From Chitinophaga pinensis (lineage in GTDB: Bacteria > Bacteroidota > Ignavibacteria > Kapaibacteriales > Kapaibacteriaceae), in the NCBI GenBank assembly GCA_943372295.1, contig CALRYC010000004.1:71811-135810 (forward strand): a stretch of DNA of 64,000 nucleotides. The letters are read 5' to 3'. Made by a program: the position numbers and the translations under genes. The notes below the pieces were generated by a model that was given only the letters and a program-made list of their open reading frames with translations, made no database searches and was not told the origin of the DNA. Below are positions 9,104 to 17,809 of the stretch, piece by piece; position 1 is the stretch's first letter; each line of letters begins with the position of its first letter.

Positions 9104-10159
9104 ATGTCTCATTCCTTACAGAAACAGTTAAGCCCCATGCGATACTCGATTATTCGGCAATTCATCACGGCTGTCGCGCTTTCAATACTTCAGATGTCCT
9201 ATTGCTTCATAGCTCATGGTCAGGTGACCGACCACACGTGTGGAACGCCTAGCGTTCACAATCCGGACGTGACGTATGGTCAGGTGACTGACATCGATGG
9301 CAACGTGTACAAGACAGTTGTCATCGATAGCCTGGTCTGGTTTGCCGAGAACCTCAAGGTTACCCGATTTCAAAGCGGCGATTCCATTCCCAACGTCAGT
9401 GATGCCGCCGAATGGACGGCACTGAAGAGTGCCGGCATGTGTTCGTATCAGAACGATCCGACCTATGACTGCCCTTATGGCAAGCTGTATAACCACTTTG
9501 TGGCCACCGATGAGCGTAACCCCTGTCCTGTAGGGTGGAGAGTGCCATCAATGGCAGATTTTGCCAAGCTGATTAACTTCTACGATGCCAATGCAAATGG
9601 CGGAATTAGCCTGCCCAACTCGGCAGGGGGCTTCCTGAAAAGCGTGGGGACGAGCATCTGGCGATCGCCCAATACGAACGCGACCAATCTATCCGGCTTC
9701 TCGGCCATCCCCAGCGGAGGTCGCAACAACTCGGGTGTCTTCTCAAACTCTACAAACGCCGCCGCTGCCTATTGGTCAACAACACTGGTAGGACCCCGTA
9801 TGGGCTTTTTTCTGGAGCTTGCCTATCCTCAGGATTACGCCGTCAGAAATGCATACTGGGCACAGTACGGTGCCTGCATTCGCTGTGTCAAGGACGCGAG
9901 CACCACATCGGTGAATGAAGAGAAGGCAGCCGGACCTCAGCTTGCACCAAATCCAGCTAACGAGTCGGTGCACCTCAGTGTGGAAGCACGGATGATTGGC
10001 CAGGAATACATTATCACGGATGTGACCGGAAGAGTAGCGCTCCATGGCAAGGTTGTTTCTGAAAGCATGATGATCTCGGTTACTGAACTCCCCAATGGCC
10101 TCTACGCCTTGAGGTTCCCGTCAATGGATGGTGTTACTGTGACATTCGTGAAGCAGTAG
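9104..10159 (+). CDS. FISUMP (Fibrobacter major paralogous) domain protein with T9SS C-terminal domain
   Basis: TDIDGNVYKTV..WFAENLKVT, YGKLYN, CPVGWRVPS, SGFSAIPSG, IRCVKD; CTD APNPA...TDVTGR...LPNGLY...FVKQ; true start may be ATG 9137. Confidence 0.88.
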   Translation: MSHSLQKQLSPMRYSIIRQFITAVALSILQMSYCFIAHGQVTDHTCGTPSVHNPDVTYGQVTDIDGNVYKTVVIDSLVWFAENLKVTRFQSGDSIPNVSDAAEWTALKSAGMCSYQNDPTYDCPYGKLYNHFVATDERNPCPVGWRVPSMADFAKLINFYDANANGGISLPNSAGGFLKSVGTSIWRSPNTNATNLSGFSAIPSGGRNNSGVFSNSTNAAAAYWSTTLVGPRMGFFLELAYPQDYAVRNAYWAQYGACIRCVKDASTTSVNEEKAAGPQLAPNPANESVHLSVEARMIGQEYIITDVTGRVALHGKVVSESMMISVTELPNGLYALRFPSMDGVTVTFVKQ

Positions 10160-10245
10160 TGCAAGACAGCCATGCATCTGAACCGACACAAAACCCGCGG
10201 GCTCTTCTCCAGCTGGGTTAAACCCCGCAGGATGATTGCACGTCT

Positions 10246-11415
10246 GTGCGCCCCATGAACAAGAGTCATGCTTTGAAGCTACTCTGTGCCGTAATGCTTG
10301 CGGCTGCGTCGCTACCTGTGTTTGGACAGGCCATTGATTCGCTCGTATGGCAGGGGATATCCCGGTCCTACCAGTTGCACCTGCCCAATGGATATGACAG
10401 GTCAAAGAGATACCCGCTGATCGTTGCATGCCATCCCGGACTCAGCAATGCTGCGCAACATGCAGAGTCGGCACGGTGGCATGTCCTTGGCGATACGGCC
10501 GGATTTATCACGGTGTATCCCAACGGTATGCCGTCGGCTTCAAACGCGAACAGCAGGTTATGGAATGCCTACGATCAGCCATCAACGGTGAGGGAATACG
10601 ACGACGTAGGATTTCTCAATGTTCTGCTTGATAGACTGATCAGTAACTATAGTGTGGACACATGTCGCGTGTACATGTCGGGTTTCTCCAATGGGGCAAT
10701 GATGACCTATCGAATGGCATGTGATCTTACGAATCGGTTTGCTGCCATGGCACCGCTCTCAGGGGGCTGGGGCTACGGGTCTGATGGATCCTGTGGTGAT
10801 GGAAACTGCAATGGCGACGTTGCTCCCGGCTGTTCCTGGAGAATGGCATACGTCAACTGCCGTCCGAAGAAGCCGATTCCGATGATCTTTATGAAGGGTA
10901 GCCTAGAGGGCGATAATCTTCCGACCTGCCGCGGTACCATTGATTCACTGAACCGATTCTACTGGTCGAACAACCTTAGCTGTGGTAACTCTGTCATCGA
11001 CACGGTACGCGTGGCTGGAGAGCTCGTGGTGCGGGAGCACTTTGTTGGTTGCGATGAAGATTTCCGCTTCTACACCGTGCTGGGCAACAGTCATCAATGG
11101 CACGCACCGGCTACGGAGATGTTCTGGAGTTTCCTGCGTCAGCAAACGAAGTGCGGCACGGTGTCGGTAAGATCCGACGAGCATAAGGCTGACGAAGTCC
11201 GTGTGTATCCGAACCCTGTGTCCGGTGGCAAGCTCACCATCGACGTTGCTGCTGACGAGGATTTCAATGTATCGCTGATCGATGTATTCGGACGTACGTA
11301 CCTGTGTGCTCGCAATGTGAATGAGATCGACGTTACCGGGCTTGCGCCAGGCACGTACATCGTTGTCATCGAACGCGGCCGTAACACGCTGCGTCGCAGT
11401 GTGATCGTGAACTAA
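10246..11415 (+). CDS. LpqC/PHB-depolymerase-family esterase with T9SS CTD
   Basis: GFITVYPNG, DDVGFL, SGFSNGAMM (GxSxG), VYPNP...LAPGTYIV. Confidence 0.85.
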   Translation: MRPMNKSHALKLLCAVMLAAASLPVFGQAIDSLVWQGISRSYQLHLPNGYDRSKRYPLIVACHPGLSNAAQHAESARWHVLGDTAGFITVYPNGMPSASNANSRLWNAYDQPSTVREYDDVGFLNVLLDRLISNYSVDTCRVYMSGFSNGAMMTYRMACDLTNRFAAMAPLSGGWGYGSDGSCGDGNCNGDVAPGCSWRMAYVNCRPKKPIPMIFMKGSLEGDNLPTCRGTIDSLNRFYWSNNLSCGNSVIDTVRVAGELVVREHFVGCDEDFRFYTVLGNSHQWHAPATEMFWSFLRQQTKCGTVSVRSDEHKADEVRVYPNPVSGGKLTIDVAADEDFNVSLIDVFGRTYLCARNVNEIDVTGLAPGTYIVVIERGRNTLRRSVIVN

Positions 11416-11440
11416 GCCGATTAATGATTCAGGTCCTGTC

Positions 11441-12607
11441 ATGAGATTCATCGCATCACTTCAACTCGGGTTGTTATTCGCATTTGCTGCATCTCACGCC
11501 CAGAACATCTACGACAGTGTTCTGGTGGGTACAACGCAGCGAACGTACATGACGCATCTGCCAACGGGGTACGACCCGGGAAAGCGGTATGCGGTGTTGC
11601 TGGCGTTTCATGGGGGACAGCAGGCGGGGCGGACTGAGATCGGATGGCAGGCGCTGGCACTGCAGGGACGTCTGTCGGAAAAGGCCGACAAAGAAGGCTT
11701 CATCGTTGTCTATCCGGAGGGTCAGGAGTTTACCACCGGCCGCTCGTGGAATGCCGGAGCATGCTGTCCTCCGTCAGCCAGTAAAGATGTGGATGATGTT
11801 GCATTCGTCGACGTGATGCTGGATGAGCTCTTTCGTGATTACAGGATCGACACGACTCGCGTGTATGCGACCGGTACATCGAATGGCGGAATGCTGTGCT
11901 ACCGCCTTGCCTGCGAGCTCAGTCACCGCATTGCGGCAATTGCTCCCAACGCATGCTCGCACATGATCCAGCCATGCAACCCGGTCAACAGAGTACCGAT
12001 CATCAGTTTTCACTCAAGGGTCGATCCGGTTGTTCGATACAATGGCGGGAACGGTCCGCAGGATGTGCCGTTCCTCAAGGACGTGTTCTTTCCGAGTCAG
12101 GACAGCAACCTGACTGTCTGGGCGCAGCGCAATGCATGCGCAAAGCGCGAGGTTGTTGTCGACGGGGGAACCACCGGCACCAGTTTCATCCGACTCAGTC
12201 AGTGCAGCTGCGACGTCGAGATTCACCACTACGCAACCGCCGACGGCGGCCACAGCTGGCCAGGGGGCGCGCCGAACAACGTCAGCCCTCCGTCGGCACA
12301 GATCAATGCCACCGACCTCCTGTGGGACTTTCTGCGCAAGTACACCCTTGGCTGCGGCGTGACATCGGTTTCCGATGAAGAAACAAGTAACTCACTCGTG
12401 GTCTATCCCAACCCCGCTGAATCTGTTCTGACCATCTCAGGACTCTCCGGTACGGCATCGTTCACTGTCACCGACGTCCTTGCTCGCCCCCTGCTAGCTG
12501 GAACTACATCAGGCAATATCGATATCACATCGCTAGCGCGTGGTAGCTACGTTCTTACCCTCATGCAAGGGGGCGAAGCACGCTCTGTACGGTTCGTGAA
12601 GGAGTAG
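11441..12607 (+). CDS. LpqC/PHB-depolymerase-family esterase with T9SS CTD
   Basis: LAFHGG, WNAGACC, DDVAFV, TGTSNGGM, GGHSWPG, VYPNPA...RFVKE. Confidence 0.88.
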   Translation: MRFIASLQLGLLFAFAASHAQNIYDSVLVGTTQRTYMTHLPTGYDPGKRYAVLLAFHGGQQAGRTEIGWQALALQGRLSEKADKEGFIVVYPEGQEFTTGRSWNAGACCPPSASKDVDDVAFVDVMLDELFRDYRIDTTRVYATGTSNGGMLCYRLACELSHRIAAIAPNACSHMIQPCNPVNRVPIISFHSRVDPVVRYNGGNGPQDVPFLKDVFFPSQDSNLTVWAQRNACAKREVVVDGGTTGTSFIRLSQCSCDVEIHHYATADGGHSWPGGAPNNVSPPSAQINATDLLWDFLRKYTLGCGVTSVSDEETSNSLVVYPNPAESVLTISGLSGTASFTVTDVLARPLLAGTTSGNIDITSLARGSYVLTLMQGGEARSVRFVKE

Positions 12608-12740
12608 GGGATGTGCGGATGCTGCGTTGAAGGTGATGTCGCCGCATTGGCTAGGAGATACGAATGAGGGGATGCGGCGGAATCCATAATGTATCGTATA
12701 TTGAACATAAATCGCTACAACGTGAGATATAAAGAGCATA

Positions 12741-13058
12741 ATGAACACCGAGGATATCATCCTACCGAAGCATCGACGCCTCCTCGAGGGGCTTGGCGCG
12801 GACATCCGCCTTGCGCGACTTCGTCGCTCGCTTACTGCTGAGCAGGTTGCTGAACGCGCAGGAATCAGCCGGCTGACGCTGATGCGTATCGAGGCGGGTA
12901 CGCCATCGGTTTCCATTGGGGCTTACCTCCAGGTCCTGGTGATTCTCGGGCTTGAAGCCGGACTCGGAGCGGCTGCCAGTAACGATGAGCTTGGTCGAAA
13001 ACTTCAGGACCTCGGGCTTGCAGCGCGCAAGCGAGTGTCGACGCGAAGAGGCGCTTGA
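12741..13058 (+). CDS. XRE-family HTH antitoxin (HipB-like)
   Basis: IRLARLRRSLTAEQVAERAGISRLTLMRIEAG; overlaps the hipA start. Confidence 0.88.
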   Translation: MNTEDIILPKHRRLLEGLGADIRLARLRRSLTAEQVAERAGISRLTLMRIEAGTPSVSIGAYLQVLVILGLEAGLGAAASNDELGRKLQDLGLAARKRVSTRRGA

Positions 13059-14320
13059 TCATCATGAGCGTGTCTCGGACGATACATGTCTATGCAGACT
13101 GGGTCGGACTCGGTGGGCCCCTTCGCGTAGGCGAAATGAATGTTCACGCAGCGCGGGGTAAGGAGACATTTGCCTTTGCGTATGACGCGTCGTGGCTGGG
13201 CAGCAAATCTGCCGTCGTGATCGATCCTGAGCTTCAGCTTTTCTCAGGTCCACAATACGCGTCGACTGGCAGAACGATGTTCGGTGCGTTCATGGACTCA
13301 GCGCCCGATCGCTGGGGAAGGACCATCATGCAACAGCGTGCTTCCTATCTGGCTAGGCAGCAGGGAGTAGAACCAGGAAGAATGCTCGACAGTGATTTTC
13401 TTCTTGGTGTCCATGATGCCGGACGCTTTGGTGGGCTTCGATTTCGACTCAGTCCAGACGGACCGTTCCTCGATGACAACGATGCGTTTGCTGCGCCTCC
13501 GCTGACATCTCTAAAGAAACTCCAGGAGGTGAGCCTCTCGTATGAGCGCGATGATGTGAACGAACATGAATTGGCTCGACTGCTACAGCTTCTTGCGCCC
13601 GGATCCTCTCTAGGAGGCGCTCGACCCAAGGCGAGTGTCGTTGATCCGGAGGGTGATCTATGGATTGCGAAGTTTCCGAGTCGATCAGATTCGTGGAATG
13701 TGGCGGCGTGGGAGTTCCTGGCAACGACATTGGCGAGGAAGTGCGGAATCACGACGCCTGTTGTGCGGCTCGAACGCTTTGGAACGGGACACAGCACACT
13801 ATTGAGTAAGCGCTTTGATCGCGTGGGTAATGGCGGACGAATTCATGCAGCTTCCGCGATGACTCTTCTGCGACGTCAGGATGGTGATGATCACACGACG
13901 GGGGTGAGCTACCTTGACCTTGCTGACTTCATCATCCGTCATTGTTCGAACGTACCACAGCAGCTTGAAGAACTATGGAAGCGCATTCTTTTTCATGTGC
14001 TGATTTCGAACACGGATGATCATCTTCGAAATCACAGCTTCCTGCTCGGACGCGACAGGACGTGGCTGCTTGCACCGGCATATGACATCAATCCGGTGCC
14101 CTTCGGAACGGGTCTGCGTTTGAATATCACCGAGACAGATAACCTCCTTGATGTCGAACTCGTCGAAGAAATAGCGCCGTCCTTTCGCGTATCCGCGCTC
14201 CGTGCAAAGGACCTGATCGCGCAGATGAAGTTGATCGTGTCCACGTGGGCTGACGAGGCAAAGAGGATCGGTATCTCGCGACAGGAGATCAATCTGATGC
14301 GTCAGGCGTTTAGACTCTGA
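13055..14320 (+). CDS. hipA: HipA-family kinase toxin
   Basis: DSAPDRWGR, GSSLGGARPKA, IAKFP, KRFDR, NTDDHLRNH, APAYDINP. Confidence 0.92.
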   Translation: MIIMSVSRTIHVYADWVGLGGPLRVGEMNVHAARGKETFAFAYDASWLGSKSAVVIDPELQLFSGPQYASTGRTMFGAFMDSAPDRWGRTIMQQRASYLARQQGVEPGRMLDSDFLLGVHDAGRFGGLRFRLSPDGPFLDDNDAFAAPPLTSLKKLQEVSLSYERDDVNEHELARLLQLLAPGSSLGGARPKASVVDPEGDLWIAKFPSRSDSWNVAAWEFLATTLARKCGITTPVVRLERFGTGHSTLLSKRFDRVGNGGRIHAASAMTLLRRQDGDDHTTGVSYLDLADFIIRHCSNVPQQLEELWKRILFHVLISNTDDHLRNHSFLLGRDRTWLLAPAYDINPVPFGTGLRLNITETDNLLDVELVEEIAPSFRVSALRAKDLIAQMKLIVSTWADEAKRIGISRQEINLMRQAFRL

Positions 14321-14352
14321 AGCATCGTGTTAAAAACGTCGCAACCATTGCC

Positions 14353-14455
14353 ACAACTGGAAGTATCAGCATCAGCCCCCTGCCGCCGGGCGCGTATATC
14401 CCTCACTCTGCAGATAGAGGGCGAAGCACGCTCAGTACGGTTTGTGAAGGAGTAA
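14353..14455 (+). pseudogene. Orphan 3' end of a T9SS cargo gene
   Basis: Reads TTGSISISPLPPGAYI/(frameshift)LTLQIEGEARSVRFVKE*, matching the end of 11441-12607 (GEARSVRFVKE*). Confidence 0.8.
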
Positions 14456-14499
14456 GGGGGCGGCGTTAGATTTGTTCGAAACAATTAGGGGAACAGCGC

Positions 14500-14913
14500 A
14501 TGAAGAAATCTGCACTCGTGATCATCGCCTGCGTCGTCATCAACATGGTGCTGGGAATGGCCTGGTATGGAGCATTCTCACAGCCATGGATGGACGCCAA
14601 TCTTCTCACAATGGAAAAGATACAAGCAACGGGGAATGCAACGCCGGGATACATCCTAAGTATGGCTGTTGCGGCCGTGAGCGCTGTGATCCTCACGCTC
14701 ATCCTTACGCGTATGAGGATTCGTGGCTGGAAGGAAGGACTCTATACCGGAGCCGGAATCGGACTCATCGCACTGCTGGGAACGATCGTCGGCAATTGGT
14801 ATGCTATGCGACCATTGGTCGTATCCCTTGTTGATGGTGGCTTTGCCTTTCTGCAGTATGCCGCCTTCTGTGCCGTCATCGGTGCCGTGCATGCAGCGGC
14901 TAACGAGGCCTGA
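14500..14913 (+). CDS. DUF1761-like membrane protein
   Basis: Four hydrophobic segments, LGMAWYG..F..PW, SLVDGGF pattern. Confidence 0.75.
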   Translation: MKKSALVIIACVVINMVLGMAWYGAFSQPWMDANLLTMEKIQATGNATPGYILSMAVAAVSAVILTLILTRMRIRGWKEGLYTGAGIGLIALLGTIVGNWYAMRPLVVSLVDGGFAFLQYAAFCAVIGAVHAAANEA

Positions 14914-15144
14914 TAGGTAGGCAGTATTGATCCGCAACGAAGCGGCAACAATCGGTCGGGCGAGTGTCTTCGCCTCAATGTGGCGTCTGCCTCGGAGCGC
15001 GCAAAAGGCCGACACCGATGATCACCACACTGACTACGAGACACGCCGCGCCGGCCCACAACAGTGCAGCGAAGGCCGGCACGAATGCGATGCCGAAGAA
15101 GCCCCCTGACACGAGTACGGCTGCCAACGGCGCGCTTACGCGGG
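14674..15144 (+). repeat. Left copy of ~470 bp diverged direct repeat bounding the island
   Basis: Aligns by eye to 25661-26135; contains the DUF1761 3' half and the 3' end of the convergent membrane gene. Confidence 0.92.
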
Positions 15145-15251
15145 TCGATGACCTCCATCGTACGGCCGGCTAAGTCGATGAACAGCACCTCGACTACGTT
15201 CGTACCCCGACTATGCTCGGCATGACTTTCTGTGTTCTGTTTTCGCTGTTC

Positions 15252-16682
15252 TCAGTTCACAAAGACTCTCCACCACTGCAGCGGCGATACCACGCCCTGC
15301 ACAGCCGTCACAATTGTATAGTTGGCAAGTTCCCTTTGATACCGTACAAAGCGACGGTCCAACACACAGTTCCGCAATGAGAGTTCGTTGCGGGCATAGA
15401 TACTCACCATCCGCGAGAGCAACCATAGTGGTCGATCTCGTCGAAGTTCACGGGTACGGTCGATGTGACTCTTCATCGATTCTAGTGATTTGATGGTCTC
15501 AGGTTGTCTACCTTGACGACGGTATACCATGGCGGAGAGCATGAGAACGTCTAGAGGTTGCTTGCTGTTCGACTTCACATTTCTGATCGTGATTGATGTA
15601 TCATGACTCAAGACCCGCGCATACACCATGCCAAGCTTCAACTTTGCGATCAGATCGGCTGACTGCCGTTTCAACGTCTTTTGCGCATCAATGAGATCGG
15701 CTGTATCAGCCGCTTGACGATAATCACCGTTCTTGAGTTGAAAACGTAGTAGGACGTTGATCGCATTGAACCAAACCGTTGAATCCGGATCACAGGATTC
15801 AACCACCTTGCGAGCAGAAAGTACCCCTCGTTTGAAGTCGTTAGCCGTATTGAAGATAAATGCCCGTTGGGCATGATACTCCCGAAGTGCAACGGTATCA
15901 TATCGACCCTCCGTCGTCAGCGCCTTTCGTGAGCGGTCCAACCAATAGAGACCAAGATCTGTGCCGCCCATTAACTGAGCAAGCGTTGTGGCAAGTCTTG
16001 CCGCCGCCATCGCAACTACGCTGGAAGTGTTGCTTTTGGACAGTTCGGCGAGAAGTGCTCGTGCCTTCTCGATAAAGGGCTTGCGGCGTTCCTTGTCTGC
16101 CTTCCTGTACAATGGGATCGAGATATGGATCCACAGTTCGAGTAGGTCGTGGACGTGCATCGCTTCCTTTGCCGCATCTCTCCCGCGTTGGAGCTCAAGA
16201 CGTGCACTACGACCACGTCCATTGAAGCCATCATAATAGGCCAGAGCAAAGTGAATAGGTGGCGCATACCACATAAGCTCAGGATAGACTATCGCCCTGC
16301 GGGCTGCTAACAAATGCCAGCGATTCGTATACGTACCATCTGCACGCAAGAGTGTTTGACCGATGAGGAGGTTGCGCAGACAGGCTATTGATGTCAAACG
16401 CCGAGCCCCTAATGATGGCGATAGGGGGCATGATAATACGATCTCGGCCAGTCGGTTTTCGAATCGCGCAACTCGCCTGCGGTATCTCCCATCTACGGAT
16501 GCAGTGGGACCGTAGAGCAACTGAGCGTATGCGAGGTCATTCTTAGGTTGTCTCGATAATAGCACTTGTAGCATTGTCTGATTAGAAGTCGACAAAGAAG
16601 CAACAACTGGATCTTCACGGTACCAGCTCTTACCACAAAGGATATCTAGACATTCCACGTATTCAAGTATTTGTATGAACAT
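15252..16682 (-). CDS. Helical hypothetical protein, putative HTH/TPR-like regulator
   Basis: 476 aa, no signal peptide; N-terminal DLAYAQLLYG..RYRRRVARFENRL, amphipathic helical repeats (GDYRQAADTA); divergent from the module operon. Confidence 0.6.
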   Translation of the reverse strand: MFIQILEYVECLDILCGKSWYREDPVVASLSTSNQTMLQVLLSRQPKNDLAYAQLLYGPTASVDGRYRRRVARFENRLAEIVLSCPLSPSLGARRLTSIACLRNLLIGQTLLRADGTYTNRWHLLAARRAIVYPELMWYAPPIHFALAYYDGFNGRGRSARLELQRGRDAAKEAMHVHDLLELWIHISIPLYRKADKERRKPFIEKARALLAELSKSNTSSVVAMAAARLATTLAQLMGGTDLGLYWLDRSRKALTTEGRYDTVALREYHAQRAFIFNTANDFKRGVLSARKVVESCDPDSTVWFNAINVLLRFQLKNGDYRQAADTADLIDAQKTLKRQSADLIAKLKLGMVYARVLSHDTSITIRNVKSNSKQPLDVLMLSAMVYRRQGRQPETIKSLESMKSHIDRTRELRRDRPLWLLSRMVSIYARNELSLRNCVLDRRFVRYQRELANYTIVTAVQGVVSPLQWWRVFVN

Positions 16683-16808
16683 GGTGAACGTGTATTGAAA
16701 TACTGAATAATTGATGTCTCAAAATACGAAATCGCGATACGGTTAAGGTCAGGATATCCCAATACGTTGTGAGTGAAGATCATTCACACATAATCGTTGA
16801 GGGACGCT

Positions 16809-17012
16809 ATGGAAATGTTGTTGGCAATTCTGCTTTGGCTGGGCTGTATAACAGCACCAAACACCTACTACCAACCGGAGATCGACTCCTATGCAAATCA
16901 GAATCAGGAAGTGATCAATGGTGTAATGGCAAGCCCTTCGCAGCAAGCATATATCTGGAGCCAATATGGGGCGGCTACCGAGAACGTTCAAGTCATTGAT
17001 CCATACAAGTGA
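16809..17012 (+). CDS. Small secreted or membrane-targeted peptide (67 aa)
   Basis: GAGGGA RBS, hydrophobic N-terminus LLAILLWLGC; paralog at 21541 differs mostly at synonymous sites. Confidence 0.8.
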   Translation: MEMLLAILLWLGCITAPNTYYQPEIDSYANQNQEVINGVMASPSQQAYIWSQYGAATENVQVIDPYK

Positions 17013-17089
17013 GGATGCGTAGAAATCAACAGTCATGGTCTAGGGGGCTCATCGGCTCATTTTCATTAACTCACTCCAAAGGAGTTGTC

Positions 17090-17713
17090 GTGCTGCAATC
17101 CATCACCTTTCGGCGAAGTTATCTATACATTGCAACGTTGTTGGCAATTCTGCTTCAGTCTGTGTCTCTTAAAGCGGACAGTCCATGTGATTGTTCAAAT
17201 CCGATAGCACTTAAAACACGGAACATTTGTATCGATAACGTTACATTCAATGTAACTGTATACGGTTGTAACTCCGTAAGAACATCTGCTCCCCTTCTAG
17301 CTGGAATTTGCAGCCCTAGCCTAGCACAGAATCAATACACAGTGATAACCAAGGTCTGCTTTAACGGTACAAAGCCAGCTATCATCGACGCTCAAAAGAC
17401 TCTATCTGCAGTTTTGTGCGCGATGAGCCCTACAACCGCAGATAGTGCTTACTCGGGCTTCTTGCCACCAGATGTCGGGTCTATTTGGTGCTGGACTGTT
17501 TTGACTCCGAAGTGTGTCGTAGTAAACCAGGCAACAGGGTGCATCGAACGGTGCGGGACAAAGTGTTGCCTCTATGAAATGCGATGGACCCGAACTGCAA
17601 CAGGCTCCACTTACATAAAAACTGGTGAATGTACTCTCACAGGCCAATGTTACCAGGCACCATGTGAAGAAATCGAGTGTCCTAACAAGAACAATTGTTG
17701 CACTGCAAGTTGA
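17090..17713 (+). CDS. Cys-rich secreted protein, copy 1 (19 Cys in mature part)
   Basis: AAGGAG RBS before GTG 17090, signal peptide ...SVSLKA/D, Cys spacing shared with 21733-22374. Confidence 0.8.
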   Translation: MLQSITFRRSYLYIATLLAILLQSVSLKADSPCDCSNPIALKTRNICIDNVTFNVTVYGCNSVRTSAPLLAGICSPSLAQNQYTVITKVCFNGTKPAIIDAQKTLSAVLCAMSPTTADSAYSGFLPPDVGSIWCWTVLTPKCVVVNQATGCIERCGTKCCLYEMRWTRTATGSTYIKTGECTLTGQCYQAPCEEIECPNKNNCCTAS

Positions 17714-17727
17714 TATTGTGTAAGATG

Positions 17728-17773
17728 TTGCATGCACGGGCGGCACTCCGCTTAGTGACGCCCCGCATTGCAA
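17728..17773 (+). terminator. Intergenic stem-loop (mRNA stabiliser or attenuator)
   Basis: TTGCATGC..GGGCG.CACT / AGTG.CGCCC..GCATTGCAA; no U-tract. Confidence 0.5.
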
Positions 17774-17809
17774 TTCATGTTTCATGGAAGATGTATGTCC
17801 ATTGCCAGT

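Noticed and set aside
15145-15215. Minus-strand fragment NVVEVLFIDLAGRTMEVID resembling a T9SS CTD piece at the island edge
   Set aside because: Too short to assign without a search
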